A stretch of 64,000 bases of DNA from the human T2T-CHM13v2.0 reference genome, Homo sapiens. Shown in pieces: positions 1 to 13,830 of the stretch. Both the position numbers and the translations under genes were made by a program. The stretch is from the NCBI RefSeq assembly GCF_009914755.1, contig NC_060928.1; one strand, written 5' to 3'. The stretch's first letter is position 1; the number at the start of each line of letters is the position of its first letter. Under the pieces are notes generated by a model, which was not told the origin of the DNA, made no database searches, and saw only the letters and a program-made list of their open reading frames with translations.

Positions 1-100
1 TCCAGTGAGCATTTCCTTTGAGCGTCATGTCAGTACTCAAAAAGTTTTGGATTTTGGAGCATTTTGGATTTCAGATTTTCAGATTTGGGATGCCCAACCC
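1..100. mobile_element. Tigger4/MER46-type TcMar DNA transposon remnant (terminal part)
   Basis: CATTTCCTTTGAGCGTCATGTC...AAAAAGTTTTGGATTTTGGAGCATTTTGGATTTCAGATTTTCAGATTTGGGATGCCCAACC resembles the MER46/Tigger4 end as I recall it. Confidence 0.7.
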
Positions 101-104
101 AAAC

Positions 105-1410
105 AGATTGAATCTGATTCTCTATTCAATTTGTTGCAATGTTGTTTTGGTTGAAGTCTATAAAGAAAATCCAACTTCACACAGAAAGAGGATGAGTATT
201 TTTAATACCTTCTTTGATATTATACCAAAACTCTGTAAGTGTTAGTTTCTTAAAGGTTAATTGCATTGTGGAATCTGAAATGAGCTTTTTAAAAAAACTA
301 AACCTTTGATACATTAAAATCAGTTGGTCTGTTTTGCACTTTTTTTCAGTGGATCTTTCATCCATGCATGATTTTGGTTTTTGTTTGAGAGAGAGTCTTA
401 CTCTGTCACCCAGGCTGGGGTGCAGTGGCACAATCTCAGCTCACTGCAACTTCCACCTCCCAAGTATCTGGGATCAGAGATGCGTGCCACTATGCTCAGC
501 TAATTTTTTGTGTTTTTGGTAGAAATGGGGTCTCACCATGTTGTCCAGGCTCTGGTATCAAACTCCTGAGCTTAAGCGATCTGCCTGCCTTAGCCTCCCA
601 AAGTGCTGGGATTACAGGCGTGAGCCACTGCACCTGGCCTACCCATGTATGATTCTGTTATACCATTGGTCATTTCAAAACTAAGGCAGATCTTCTCATA
701 TAACTTTCATCACTGTCACTCTGATCTCATCAGGAAAGTCTTTAAGTATTGGCGAAGCTGGCAAGATTATGTGGCAGATGCAAAAAGTCTTCCAAAATGC
801 TTGAAAGCTCAAATTTCATCATTGGCAATAAGTACTGTCAATTGTTTTCCTCAAAGAAACAGGCTCAACTTTGTTCATTTTTAATGTCTGCCAGATACCC
901 AAGTCAGAATAACTACAGTTTGTGAATTGTTCTTTCAAGTAAAAATGGTAGTCCATGAAAAAAAAGCTAGCTCAGCTTGCAACTCAATTACACAAGTGCT
1001 TTTCTTCTAGACAGCCATTGTACTTAAGTGTGCAGTGGACTGCTTCCTGGGTACTTCCCATTTTATCACAAAGAACATCAAAAAGACCCATGCTCAAGGG
1101 TCAAGATTTAATGAACGTAATAATTCTGACTGCTTGCTTCATTAACGACAATCATAAAGGAAACGCTTAAAAAAAAATAACGTGTGGTAGTGAAGAATGC
1201 AGTGACTACTAGTTTCATTTGCTGTCACTGCTTTGGTTAGTGTGAAGGCGCCAGCAGTTTCCCCATAATTGCTTTTGCACCATCAGTGCAAATGTCAGCA
1301 CAGTGAAAAGACAATGTCTTTGTGTTATTCTAAAAATAGTTCTGACCTCTGAGAGGGTCTTGGGGACTCCCAGGAATCTAGTAAACACACTTTGAGAACC
1401 CTTGATAGAG
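105..1410. mobile_element. Charlie1-like hAT DNA transposon fossil, interrupted by an Alu
   Basis: Motifs such as CTCATCAGGAAAGTCTTTAAGTATTGG, GCTTGAAAGCTCAAATTT and CTTTCAAGTAAAAATGG, plus the end CACACTTTGAGAACC, resemble Charlie1a/b; no intact transposase ORF. Confidence 0.65.
378..640 (-). mobile_element. Alu (antisense, AluJ/S, internally deleted)
   Basis: Reverse-complement Alu consensus ending GCCTCCCAAAGTGCTGGGATTACAGGCGTGAGCCACTGCACCTGGCC. Confidence 0.9.
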
Positions 1411-2348
1411 GTGCCTTGGGCCTCCCTCCCAGCATTGTCGTTTTAGTGCCAGGCATTAACATGTTTGTATTTCACGACGATTTAGTAATACAATCTGGAC
1501 TATCTCTTTATGAGACGGGCAATGTTGTCATGATTCTAGGTAGAAGAACGGAGAGTCCACAGTGCAGGCAGTTATTCAGTATTCATCTAAGAGTCTTCAG
1601 CTCCTCCGGTGTGCTGGTCCCTATGAGATGCTGAAGCACAACCTCCCTCCATCCTTGCTCATCCAAGTATTTTCCTGCTTTTGAGGCACGGCTTAAACGC
1701 TTTCCATGGTCCTCTGAGTAGGAAGTGATTTCGTTTGTGCTTCGTATAGGACTTACTATATTGCATGCTCAAGTTTTTTGTTTGCTTCTTGTCAATCCCT
1801 TCATTGCTTAAGACCAAAATGAGGTACTATTTTTCCTGTAATCTACGTGTAGTCCAAAAAAGGCGGGCTGTTTTGTAAATATTTGTCTCTATGTAAGGAA
1901 ATCAAAACTGAAAGCGGAGTAACACCAAGTATGCCCGTTTCTTGAGCTCAAGCACTGGAAGGATCAAAAGTAGCGAACGTGGTTTACTGCCGCGGTCTTG
2001 TTCCTGCTCACTGCCGCCTCTGGGGGCCCCATATTCAACAAATATTCAAATTGGAGCTGGAGTTCTGAGCGGCTGGGTACTGTGTATTCCAGCGGTGGGT
2101 GTCTGTACGTAGTTAGAACCTGGCAAGAGAGCACTCTCGAGGAGCCCGCAGGCGGGGCTCGGCCGGGGACCAGCAGGGCTTGTCGGCGCCCAGGCTCTGC
2201 CCCCTACCCGACCCTGCCTGCCGCTTGCCGCCTGCCTTTGGCTAGGGCCGCCGAGCGCCCTGCCCATTTAAGTAGGCGGGCCGTACCACCGCAACTTTCT
2301 TGACAGGGGGTATCCCGGCGGACTCGGACAACTTCAAGTGAGCCCAGA

Positions 2349-2768
2349 GGCAATTTCTTTTCCTTTCTAACTGTGGCCCGCGTTGTGCTGTTGCTGGGCA
2401 GGCGTTGGGCGCCGGCGGTCTTCGAGCGTGGGGGCCCGCTGGCTTTCCCTTCTCAGAAACTGCGCCGGGGGCGCTCGCTTGCCCCGGATTCGGACGCGGC
2501 GCTCCCCGGGCTCGTCTGAAGTGCAGATCGCCGCAGAGGCCCCAGTGCCCGGATGTCCATCAGGATTAGCGCGAGCCAATACGGGCCGAGCCCGGGGCTG
2601 CGCCGAGGACGCCCGGGGCTCGAGAGCAGGTAGTCCCGTAACATCGGGGCGCCGCGCCGGGACGCGTCCCCGCCCGGCTCCGCCAAATGGTGAGCGCGGC
2701 GCTGGCAGCAGGGCCCGCGGGGTGAAGGCGCTCATGGACGGAAGACCCCTGGCTCTATAAGCTGAATT
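2349..2768 (+). other. AFF1: Probable 5' UTR of exon 1 (start approximate)
   Basis: GC-rich leader directly upstream of the main ATG. The TSS cannot be read from sequence; the start is estimated from a pyrimidine-rich stretch at ~2350 and my recollection of the cDNA. Confidence 0.55.
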
Positions 2769-2785
2769 ATGGCAGCCCAGTCAAG
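2769..2785 (+). CDS. AFF1: AFF1 coding exon 1 (MAAQS + 2 nt of the next Ser codon)
   Basis: gaattATGg (A at -3, G at +4), ATG GCA GCC CAG TCA AG, then donor GTAAGC; joins 41553 in frame to give MAAQSSLYNDDRN, the known AF4 N-terminus. Confidence 0.95.
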
Positions 2786-5700
2786 GTAAGCCGTGCACCG
2801 GAGAAACTTTTCAAACGCGTTCGTGGCGAGGGGAGCTGAAGGTTGCGGGGGAGGGCAGGGTGCGGGGAAGGAGACGGACAGGAAGCAGCTTTGTCATTGC
2901 CTTCTCATCATTCCCGAGGCTGTGGCTTGACTAAATGTCAGATAAAAAGCAGTTTGGAGAACATGCTGGACAATTTCTGCACAGCGGAGAGAGGGATGGA
3001 GTTAAAGTGAAGATTAAAGTTAGATAGCCCCCTTCTTCCCCCAGAACTGTTATTTTCCGGGACATTAAGTTGATTTCACTTGTCCGCCCTTGCCCAAATT
3101 TCCATTTAGATTCTTTGTGCGCCTACCCCTCGGTTTTCTGGATTTCTTGCTGTTGTCTCGAGGGGAAGTTTAGAAATACGATTAATGTAAAACATAGTTC
3201 ACCTTGGAGAGGGTGGGTGAGAATTTGCCTGGTGAGTGAAAATTTTACTGCTAGAATGTACGATTCCACATAAAACGGCCCCGCTTACGTGAATCTGCTG
3301 AGTAGGCAAAGACCGGGAACGCGCCGGGGTGGTGAAGGGGAGAGAGGATAATGAACTGCAGTTGCTGTCAGAGGAGCGCTATTGTAAGAACCTGAAGCCC
3401 CGTCTTTCCATGGTTTGTTACTGTTTTTGTAATGAGCGTTGAAGAAGAGTGATGACAAGGCATTAGTGATTATTATGAGATCCAAACTGTTCTGTGCGAT
3501 TTTATTTTAGTTTTGACAGCAGTTGGTGCTAAGGGAGACTTAGGAGTTATATATACATTCTCTTTCAACTGTGTTTTGCTAGAAAGCAGTTTGGTCTCAC
3601 ATATTTAAAGTAGTAGGGTTCTTCAAGCTGATATTTGATGTAGAACAGTGATTTTGGGAGGTCTCAGAAGACTTAACACGTCTGAAGACTCAGATCATGG
3701 AGAGAAATGGATGTTAAATGTTCATGTTTGGGCTGGATGAGACAATGTTTTTTTCCTACGAAATAGAACTTTCTAGGAAGGAAAGAGCTTCTCTGTATAA
3801 AGTACCTCCTATGTGCTACCTGCTTTTTATATTTCTTCTTCTCAACACAGTGGTTTATCCTCTGCTTCCATTTTATTGAGTTTTAAGAAAGTGGTTCTTA
3901 ATCTGGGGCCAAGTAGTAGAACTTGGATGAGAAACACAAGTTGTGTCTCTATTTTTGTTAACCTCTAGCTGAAATTTAGTGTTTTTTTTTTTTTTAAGTA
4001 GGACTAGAGATAAAACTAGTACCAGTCCTTGTGATGTTATCACAATAGAAACTATATGTCTTTTCATAATCTTAATACAATTGTTGCAGATGTCTTCAAA
4101 CACCTTTTGTGCTCTCCACTCAGGAAATTAAGGAACTGCTTTATCTTGCTTAATTCAGTAGTAAAGAAAAACACTACTGTACCATTGATTTCTTTTAAAT
4201 ATTTTAATAGGTGCTTGTCTATATAATCTGGTACCTTTGTATTCTTATGTATTTTATTTAATGTATTTAAAAACATTTTTCTGATAGTGCTGTTATTGTC
4301 AGACTGCTACAGAGGTCCATGGCAGAAAATTAAGATTAAGATAACCTTGATCTAAGAAGTTAGTAAATGCTGTGTGACAGATCTCAGTAATATAGCGCAG
4401 GGATTTGTACCCAGGTGTGAGAGATTCAATGCCAGCGCTCTTAAACTAATGATAAAAATAAAATGAGACACAAGCTAAATTGGACACTGCTGTGTGCCAG
4501 GCACAGCATTAAGCAGCTTTAATTGGATTAGCTCTGACTCTTCTCAGGCACCTAAATGGGTAAGTACTTTTATTATCCACATTTGTTAGTTGAGGAAACT
4601 GAGGTCCAGCCTGGCTGTTTCTTGCCTGAGGTTACAAAGGTGGAGCAACGCCTGACTCCAGATCTGCTTTGCACACTTCCTCCCTTATGCTTCCTCTTTA
4701 ATGCTGAGGTGAGATGTTAAAGGGAGCTGCCAAGCCTCAGTATAACAGTACAAAGAATGATTCCTGCTAAAATTGGTTGTTTGTAATATGTAATAATCCT
4801 GAGTTATCAGTGTGGTGGTTCAACTTGCCAGCAATTAAAATAGGAGAATTGTGCTTATTTCTGATCCTCTACCCCACCTTCCGACATGCCCTGGAACTAG
4901 GAACAAAGCCACAAGACTGTTATGTCTGTTGTTTTCTTAGTCTGTGTGTTGGGAGTATATCTCACATTTTGTAAATGTGCATTTTCTTTGGTTACACCTG
5001 GAATGTGGTCCAAGCTCATTCAGATAATTGTGCTCTGTGGGAGAGAAGGTAATCTTTGAGATCCAAAGAGAATATATGGAGAAGATTCAAGATATTTTGG
5101 GATTTCAGGGAAACTCTAAAGCTGGGCCACGTTGCCCTGAGTAATGCTAAGAGAAACCAAAACATCACCTGTGATGTAAAATCTCAGGTAGTGAAATCTT
5201 GACCATGTACTACTACACATTAGTGTTTGTTTGCTCTTGAGACAATTAATTTAGACCGACAGACTCATTGTACTTACAGATTTGTAGCTCAGTGTTTAAG
5301 CACACCAGTTTCTTTGTTCATTGTTTAGTTTGATTCCTGATTTGTTATTGATGGGTGATATATGACTAATTTTTTATGCAAATGGATTAGGCGGTGTATT
5401 CCCATCCCTGTAGTTCACTCCTTAAGACAAGATACTGTCTCCCACATTTTAGTCTCCCCTACATAAGCTAGAAGTACTTTGAATTGAGAGATTACCTAAG
5501 TATTTCTTGGCTTGTGGACTTTTATAAATTAAGGCTGTGTTAAAACCTAAGAGTAGGAAATTTGTTTTGTGGCTGATTTCTTCTCTTAAAGCTGGAAGAC
5601 ATTTCTTGACTGAAATGCAATTAAATGCTTTTAAAATTTAGATTTTTGGGGGTCATATTTTGAAAACAATAAGTATTTGGTTTATTGTATTCCTAGAGTT

Positions 5701-6161
5701 GAGAAAGGTGGTCACTGAGAAATGTCTTGTCAAAGCGGATTGTATGCTGTGTCTGGGCTCTCAGATAAGTGTGTGCTTTCTTTGGAACCTATAAACATAA
5801 CAGACACATTGAATATATACTTCCTTGTGGAAATTGCAACAAACTTGCTTTCTTTGATGTGAAATAGTTACAGAACATGGCTTTAGTTACTGGACTCTGA
5901 TGGAAAGTGCATCCAGACTATTTTATAGAAGTATAAAAACTAGCAACTAGTAAACCTAACAGTTTATAGACATATTTTTTTCCTGCAAGAATTAACAGTG
6001 CTTTATACTGAGGAGTGGTGTTGATGGATACAGTAAAAAGGAGGACTTTGCCTGATTCCCACCTCCGCTAACCCTCTCATTGAAGCAGATCCCTGAATTC
6101 TAGAAAGGAAAATATACATACCTTCAAATACTATCAGGGATTAGCCAGTTTAAAAAAATCA

Positions 6162-6843
<682 letters not shown>

Positions 6844-7576
6844 CTATGCCCCGTCTCTGATTTTTGAGCTAGTGATTACCTTGGAAGAAAATTCATGAAT
6901 GCAAAGCAGCTTTGATTAAAAATGAGCCATTATCAAAGAGAATACTGTGGTTTTGGAAAGTACAGTTCAAAGAAGAGATTTTGGGATGGAAATAATTTAT
7001 GTAGTATTTTGATCCATTGAATATTCTCACTTTTTCCTTCTTGTGACACCATTGTAAACAGTGTCCTTGACAGAAGAGAAACACAAACAGGTCTCTTAAG
7101 TGATTTCTTTCTAGTTCATCCTGAGAGCCCAGTTGAGCTTCCTGACTCACAGTCTAGAGCTGCTTCCATGATAAAGACTGAAGGAGCGGTGAGTCATTTT
7201 TTAAAGTCAGCTGATTTATGGGGATGTTGTTGTTTTGGCAAAACTAACTCAAGTGATCTCTCGAGATTTTGCTGGATTTTATACCATACCGTGAAAAGAT
7301 ATTCCATAGCTGGATTTACACTCTTGAAAATGGGGTTTTTGTGCGTGCTGCATCTAAAAATTTTAAATTTCAAATACATTCAGGAATAAAATATTATGGA
7401 TGAGAGAGAAATCTACTTTTTCATCTTGGTTCTGTCATTTATTTCTTGTGAGCCTCCAAATCTATTTTTTACATAATACCTGTAAGAGAGAGGAGTTATA
7501 AAGCTGGTTTGTTAACTGTTGCTTTGAGGTATATATAAACTTAGTTTTCTGTTAGCAAACTTCTCCATTTCATTTC

Positions 7577-7675
7577 TTTTTTTTTTTTTTTTTTTTTGTA
7601 TAACTATACATATTTTAGTAGAGATGGGGTTTCAACATCTTGGCCAGGCTGGTCTCGAACTCCTGACATCAGGTT
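7577..7675 (-). mobile_element. Alu left-arm fragment next to a T tract
   Basis: TTTTAGTAGAGATGGGGTTTCAACATCTTGGCCAGGCTGGTCTCGAACTCCTGACATCAGGT. Confidence 0.8.
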
Positions 7676-8364
7676 TCTTTTCCAAGATAGGCAAATAAAC
7701 TTATTCTAATTCTGTATGTGAGATATAGTGGAAATACAATATGCACCTCTAGGACAAAGTTTCTTGGAGACATGCTTCTTGGCTCAGAAATAGAAACATA
7801 TAGTGAGGCTAAGTATAATCTCTTTGTTGTGGTTGGTTCAGTTACGTTTTATTGATATAGAGTGAGTACATAACTTTTACGGGTTAAATGATTACCAATC
7901 GTTTTTACTTAAATGTAAAAACTGGGGGAGCTGAAGTAGTATTTTCTGTCTCCTTCAGATGGTCCTCAATTCATTTTATTATGAATATAAAGTGTTCATT
8001 TGCTCATTTGCTCAAAATAACACAGCAGGTAGAATGCACAGTGTCTTGCTCAAGTACAAATGTATCAGATGAACTTTAGATTTACACTTCAGGAGAAAAT
8101 ATGTATAACTTTTGGTGCTAATGCCCCAGGGAACTAAAAGTAAAGATTAACTTTAAAACCATGCAAATTGCTGACTTTCTGTGTCTTGGCAGTGATCAGT
8201 GTTGAGAATCCCTCCCCTGTGCAAACTTTTTCCTTTTCTTATCTGTTCACAGTGAGTTAAAGCTTAACCTGATGGCCACAGAGCCAACAGACCTGGCATC
8301 TTGAAAGTCTTGTTCTCTGCTGAATGTCTGTTTTCTTGTGTTAGTTTATTGGCTTTGTTTTTAA

Positions 8365-8691
<327 letters not shown>

Positions 8692-9118
8692 TGAACTGCT
8701 ATCAAGTTCTTAAGGCTATTGCTGGGAGCAGTAATTTGGTGACAGATTTAATATATTAAGAGAAAATCCCAGGGGTAAACATCTTATCTAAAGGAACTCA
8801 AGCAGACAAAGGGTAAAATATTTTTATTGACACCTAGATTGTCTTTATTTCGGTATGTTTTCAAAGGGCACTCACTGTTTGACTGCATTCTAAAAAGTAC
8901 CAAGAATTGTTTTTCCTCCGTGGTGGCTCATATGGGTGAGGGCTTGGAGACCTGCAGGCCACATGATCCTTTATTTTGGTGGGCTGGGGAAGAGTTAAGG
9001 CTGTGATGAAGATCTTACCTTTTTTTTTTTTTTTTTAAGTATTGCTTACTGCTGGATTGGCAACTAAACAAATAAAAAGTAAAAGGCTATTTTAGGGGCA
9101 GTATGGTCATATGAGGTT

Positions 9119-9250
9119 CAGGGTTCTCAAACTTGATTAGACACAAAAATCACCGTGGGTGCTTGTTAGTATGCAGATTCTGCTCCCCCTCCCCCAGAGA
9201 TTCTGAATGGACAGGTTCTGGGTGGAGCTCTGCTGTCTGTAAGGCCAGGG
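9119..9250. mobile_element. MER5-like hAT MITE remnant
   Basis: GGTTCTCAAACTTG...AATCACC..GG..GCTTGTTA..ATGCAGATTC...CCCCAGAGATTCTGA. Confidence 0.6.
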
Positions 9251-11117
9251 GCGCAGGTACCATGCTTTGTGAGATGGTGCATGTGTGAGTGAGAGAGATC
9301 ATATAAACCATGTTGTATGATGCTATTAAATTTTGATATCATATATGCTTATAAATACACATTTTTCCCCTCCTATTGAAACAGACTGGAGGTTGGTAGA
9401 GAAGGTGGATATCTACGTCCATAAAATTTATCCTTATATTACAAACTGTTGGTTGAAATATCCAAATGCGTCTGTGTTAAAAAAAAAATTAAAAGATACC
9501 AAGAAGCAATTCCCAGTGTTTGATCATACAGCACCTTCCCAAGAATTGTTTCTTCTCAAGGAGCAGGGTATTTAATTTACTTTTTTCCATGCGTTGTGGG
9601 CTCCCTCCCCAGTTAGAGTTAACTGCTAAGTATCTCTCTCTCTACCACACACAGCCCAGTTTACCAGGTGGCAGTTGTTTTTGTTCCCAGGGAAAAGTTA
9701 AAATGGTGTGAATTGGTCAGTTTTGTCCAAACTTTGTGAAACCGAAATGAAAGTTTTGTTTTTTAAGAAAAGCTTTGCCTAGGGGTACTGCTGAACAAAT
9801 AATGTTCAACAAGACATTTTAAATGGAACTCCTACTGGGAAGTAAATGTTAAAATTATAGCAGATGTCACTTCCTGTAACAAAATTCAGGAAACAGTCTT
9901 TGGTATGTGGGTGTTGTAACTTTTCAATTCTTGGAACTTTCCTTCAGGAAACTGTCCTGTCAGAAGCAAAGCAGTCAATAAAATATGAAGCACAACTTAA
10001 ACTATGTTATACAGTGTAATTAAATTTTGATTTGGTGCATATGTTTTTGTGGTCAAGACAGACCCAAGATTATCACGTGACTTTCATCCTGGATAATGTA
10101 AGTCTGGATAACTTGTTAAATTGCTTCTCCCCCACTTCTCCCATTCTGGTTACTTTAAAAATACAGGTGTATCTGATTTACTCTGGACTTGAATTTATGG
10201 AAAGTGGTATAAAATTAATTAGTTCTCATTGTTTTGTACAAAACTATGAAACCTGTTTCCTCCCTAGCTTTGCAGAAATTTTGTCTCAATTGACAAACTG
10301 TCTACCTTAGACATTTCTAAGATGGCCTATTTAGTAAGTTGGTAGCTTTGAGCTTTGATAAAAGTTTGAGTCCATGATATTATGGTTTAAGAAAATTTTT
10401 CCTTAAAGGAAAACAGAACGTGTTATTGAGTTAATATTGCTGGGTTTTAGTTGTTGTTTATTTGCTGAAAGGATAGTCATTGGTATAAAGTAAGCTAAAG
10501 CTCTGTCCTTTTATATTTTTTCAGGTAATTTTGACCTAGCAATTACAGCTATAGGAATGTTTTCCTGTTACTCATTTATAGTCTGTGTCTCCCTCTCCCC
10601 TCCAGCCTCCTTTTAGAGTTAAGACGGTGCTAACTCTCCATTTAAAAAAGTGTGTAAAAAATAAACTTTGTACCACAGGGGAAAAATTAGGCAGTAACAT
10701 TTACTGGCATTAGAATAGCAAAAGGATAAAATGAAACCTAGTGTATTACCTTAATACATAATTGAGGTTTTGCAACCTAAAAATATTGGAAAGAATTATT
10801 AATGTTGTTCAGATTGTCTGCTTATCTTGTGACTTGGTTTTAGTAAAATTCAAAGTGCCACTGGAACTTAGTTTTTGTTTTTAAATGGGAACTATGCCCA
10901 GAAGATGAAAAGTCCTAGGTTGGCAGTTAGATTGAATTTGATAATTCTGTCACTGCTGATGGTGTGAGTTTTTTATTTGTTCTTACCCTTAGGGCAGGGA
11001 GGGGCCTCCTCTTAAAAACACCTTCATTTCTTTCTTATTTTAGCAGTCATGTTTCTTTAAGGGTAAAGTAAAAATCATTAGGTTTACTTAATTCTGAGTT
11101 TAAATTTGTAGGCTTTA

Positions 11118-11630
<513 letters not shown>

Positions 11631-11683
11631 TCATTTTATGGGTATTTCTTCCCAGCCCAAGTTTTTGTAAAAGTGATTTTATT

Positions 11684-11914
11684 CGAGGTCAGGAGATCAA
11701 GACCATCCTGACTAACACAGTGAAACCCCGTCTCTACTGAAAATACAAAAAAATTAGCCAGACGTGGTGGCGGGCGCCTGTAGTCCCAGCTACTCGGGAG
11801 ACTGAGGCAGGAGAATGGCATAAACCTGGGAGGGCGGAGCTTGCAGTGAGCGGAGATTGCGCCACTGCACTCCAGCCTGGGTGACAGAGTCAGACTCTGT
11901 CTCAAAAAAAAAAA
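11684..11914 (+). mobile_element. 5'-truncated AluY
   Basis: Starts at CGAGGTCAGGAGATC; poly-A present; TSD AAAAGTGATTTTATT (11669-11683 / 11915-11929). Confidence 0.92.
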
Positions 11915-11919
11915 AAAAG

Positions 11920-12560
11920 TGATTTTATTGAAGTCTATTTTATATATCATAAAATTCACTCATGTCAAGTGACAACTCAGTAATGTTTAGTTACTTTACT
12001 GAATGGAGCGACCAGTTTTAGAACATTTTATCCCATACCTGGTAAGATCCCTCCTGCCCATTTACAGTTAATCCCGGTCCCCAGCCCCACCACCATAACC
12101 TACTTTCTGTCTCTGTAAATATGCCTTTTCTGGGCATTTCACATAGTGGAATCATAAATGGAGTATGATGGTTTCTTGCATCTGACTCTCTTTACTTGCA
12201 TATGTATATATATTTTAAATTTACCAGCCTCAGCACATTCTGGCCATACTTGAATAATTTTTTGAGGTTCATCTGTGGTGTACCATGTATCAGTGGTTCT
12301 ATCCTTTTATTACTGAATAGTATTCTGTTAATAGATGTGATGGACAGGTTGTCCCAATTTTTTAAAAAATTGTGAATAATGTTGCTGTGAACATTTACAT
12401 ACAAGACTTTGGACATATATATATGTGTGTGTGTGTATGTGTATATATATGTGTTTTTTTTTTTTTTTTTGGTTGGATAGCTGAAGGTGGAATTTCTGGG
12501 TCCTATGATAGTTTTTTGTTTGACTTTTTGAGAAAATGCCAAACAGTTTTTCAAACTATA
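11920..12560 (-). mobile_element. Old L1 (L1M-type) 3' fragment
   Basis: Antisense L1 3'UTR-like motifs: CTACTTTCTGTCTCTGTAAAT..TGCCTTTTCTGGGCATTTCA, TGTGAATAATGTTGCTGTGAACATT, TTTTTGAGAAAATGCCAAAC. Confidence 0.7.
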
Positions 12561-13499
12561 TGCCTAGCCTAACTTTGAACTGATCTAATTTAGTCAATTT
12601 CTTGCAAATTGTTTGCTATCTTCATAGTTATTTGGGCTATGAAAGTAGTGGTTCTGAGATCTGATCAATTTTGCATTTGATTATTAGAAAATTATATATT
12701 GTTTTCAATTTATATGTGATCTTAAAACACCGCTCATTTTCCCCCATATACAGTTCTTTATTGTATTTTGTAAATTGGGCTTTTCGATGAAGAAATTCAT
12801 ATCGAGGAATGTTTAAAGAAAGCCAAATTAAGTTTAAAATGCCAATGCATGCTGATTATTGTCAAAGTAGTAAAGAAAACTCCAACTCCACAACTCATAA
12901 ACCCCTCAAATAGCAGAATTTAAATATATTATTTGTTAAATAGAAATCCTTTATTTTATAATTGCAAAATGGCCCTATAAATTGTTATTTCAATGTGCAT
13001 TTTAAATAAAAGCGTTCGGGCAAAAATGCGCTGTTCTCATTCACTAGAGCCTCACATGCAAAGATAAGTTATCTAAGTGAAGCGTCTGGAAATTATCGTT
13101 CAGACTTGGGTCCTGCCTGGGGAAGGTGGTGACTATGTGCCCTCCCTTGATGGTGTACTCCGACTTCAGTTAAAGATAGATCTGTTGCACAAACAAAAAT
13201 GTTTCATGAAATGCTCTGAAAGTATCTTTAGGGGCATGTGTGACGTTAGTGAAAATGAATCATCTTTTTAGCATTCAGTCGTTCTATTTAAAAAAAAAAA
13301 AAGCTGTGAGGCTCTGGCTAGAAGATGTCTTCATTTCTTCCTTTATGAGCCTTTCAAGTGTTCTTTCAACTTGGAGAGCCTCAATGCATTGTGGCAAGTT
13401 ACTGAAATCTGCTGCTCTGCATATTAATTTACCTACGTAAGAATTATATCAGTATCAACAGCTTTATGAATGTGGCCAATTCACACGCATTAAGTGTTT

Positions 13500-13830
13500 T
13501 TCATGTTATCTGTAAATGTATTGAGTACTTCATTGTTCACTAAGAGCCAACCATTGGTGTGTGCAGGGCTCTGAGTTGGTTTAGATAAATACACTGTCTC
13601 CCTCCCTACAAGGAGCTCATAGTTTGGTGGGAGAGACAGAAATAAGCAAACAAACTGACAAATAAAACAAGTGCAAATTGTGGAAACACAGTGGCAAAAA
13701 ACAGGATACTGTGAGGGAATAATAGGGGATGGGGAATTGGTCTTGGTGTGGGGCCAGGAGAACCTCTGAGGAGGGTTACCTGAGGCAGAGAAAGAGCAAG
13801 CCATGACACAGAGAAAGGTAATTGTCCTTC
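13500..13830. mobile_element. L2 fragment
   Basis: TATTGAGTAC...CCCTAC.AGGAGCTCATAGTTTGGTGGGAGAGACAG is typical of the L2 3' region. Confidence 0.55.

Larger units (their letters stand above)
1950..2900 (+). promoter_or_regulatory. AFF1: CpG-island promoter of the AFF1 MAAQS-starting isoform
   Basis: Sharp rise in GC and CpG density; GC boxes (AGGCGGG ~2274, CCCCGCCC ~2668), CCAAT at 2576-2580; surrounds the first coding exon. Confidence 0.9.

Noticed and set aside
1998-2760. GC-rich ORFs on both strands across the CpG island (73-125 aa)
   Set aside because: Stop codons are rare in high-GC sequence, most starts are non-ATG, and the products are Arg/Ala/Pro/Gly-rich with no recognisable domain. 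Only the ATG-initiated uORFs were kept.
2754-2762. TATA-like CTATAAG
   Set aside because: It lies immediately upstream of the start codon inside exon 1 and doubles as a uORF stop; the position does not fit this transcript's promoter.
9655-9680. CTCF-like motifs (TTACCAGGTGGCAGT; also ~29470 and ~45095)
   Set aside because: Each mismatches key core positions and cannot be supported without PWM scoring or ChIP data.
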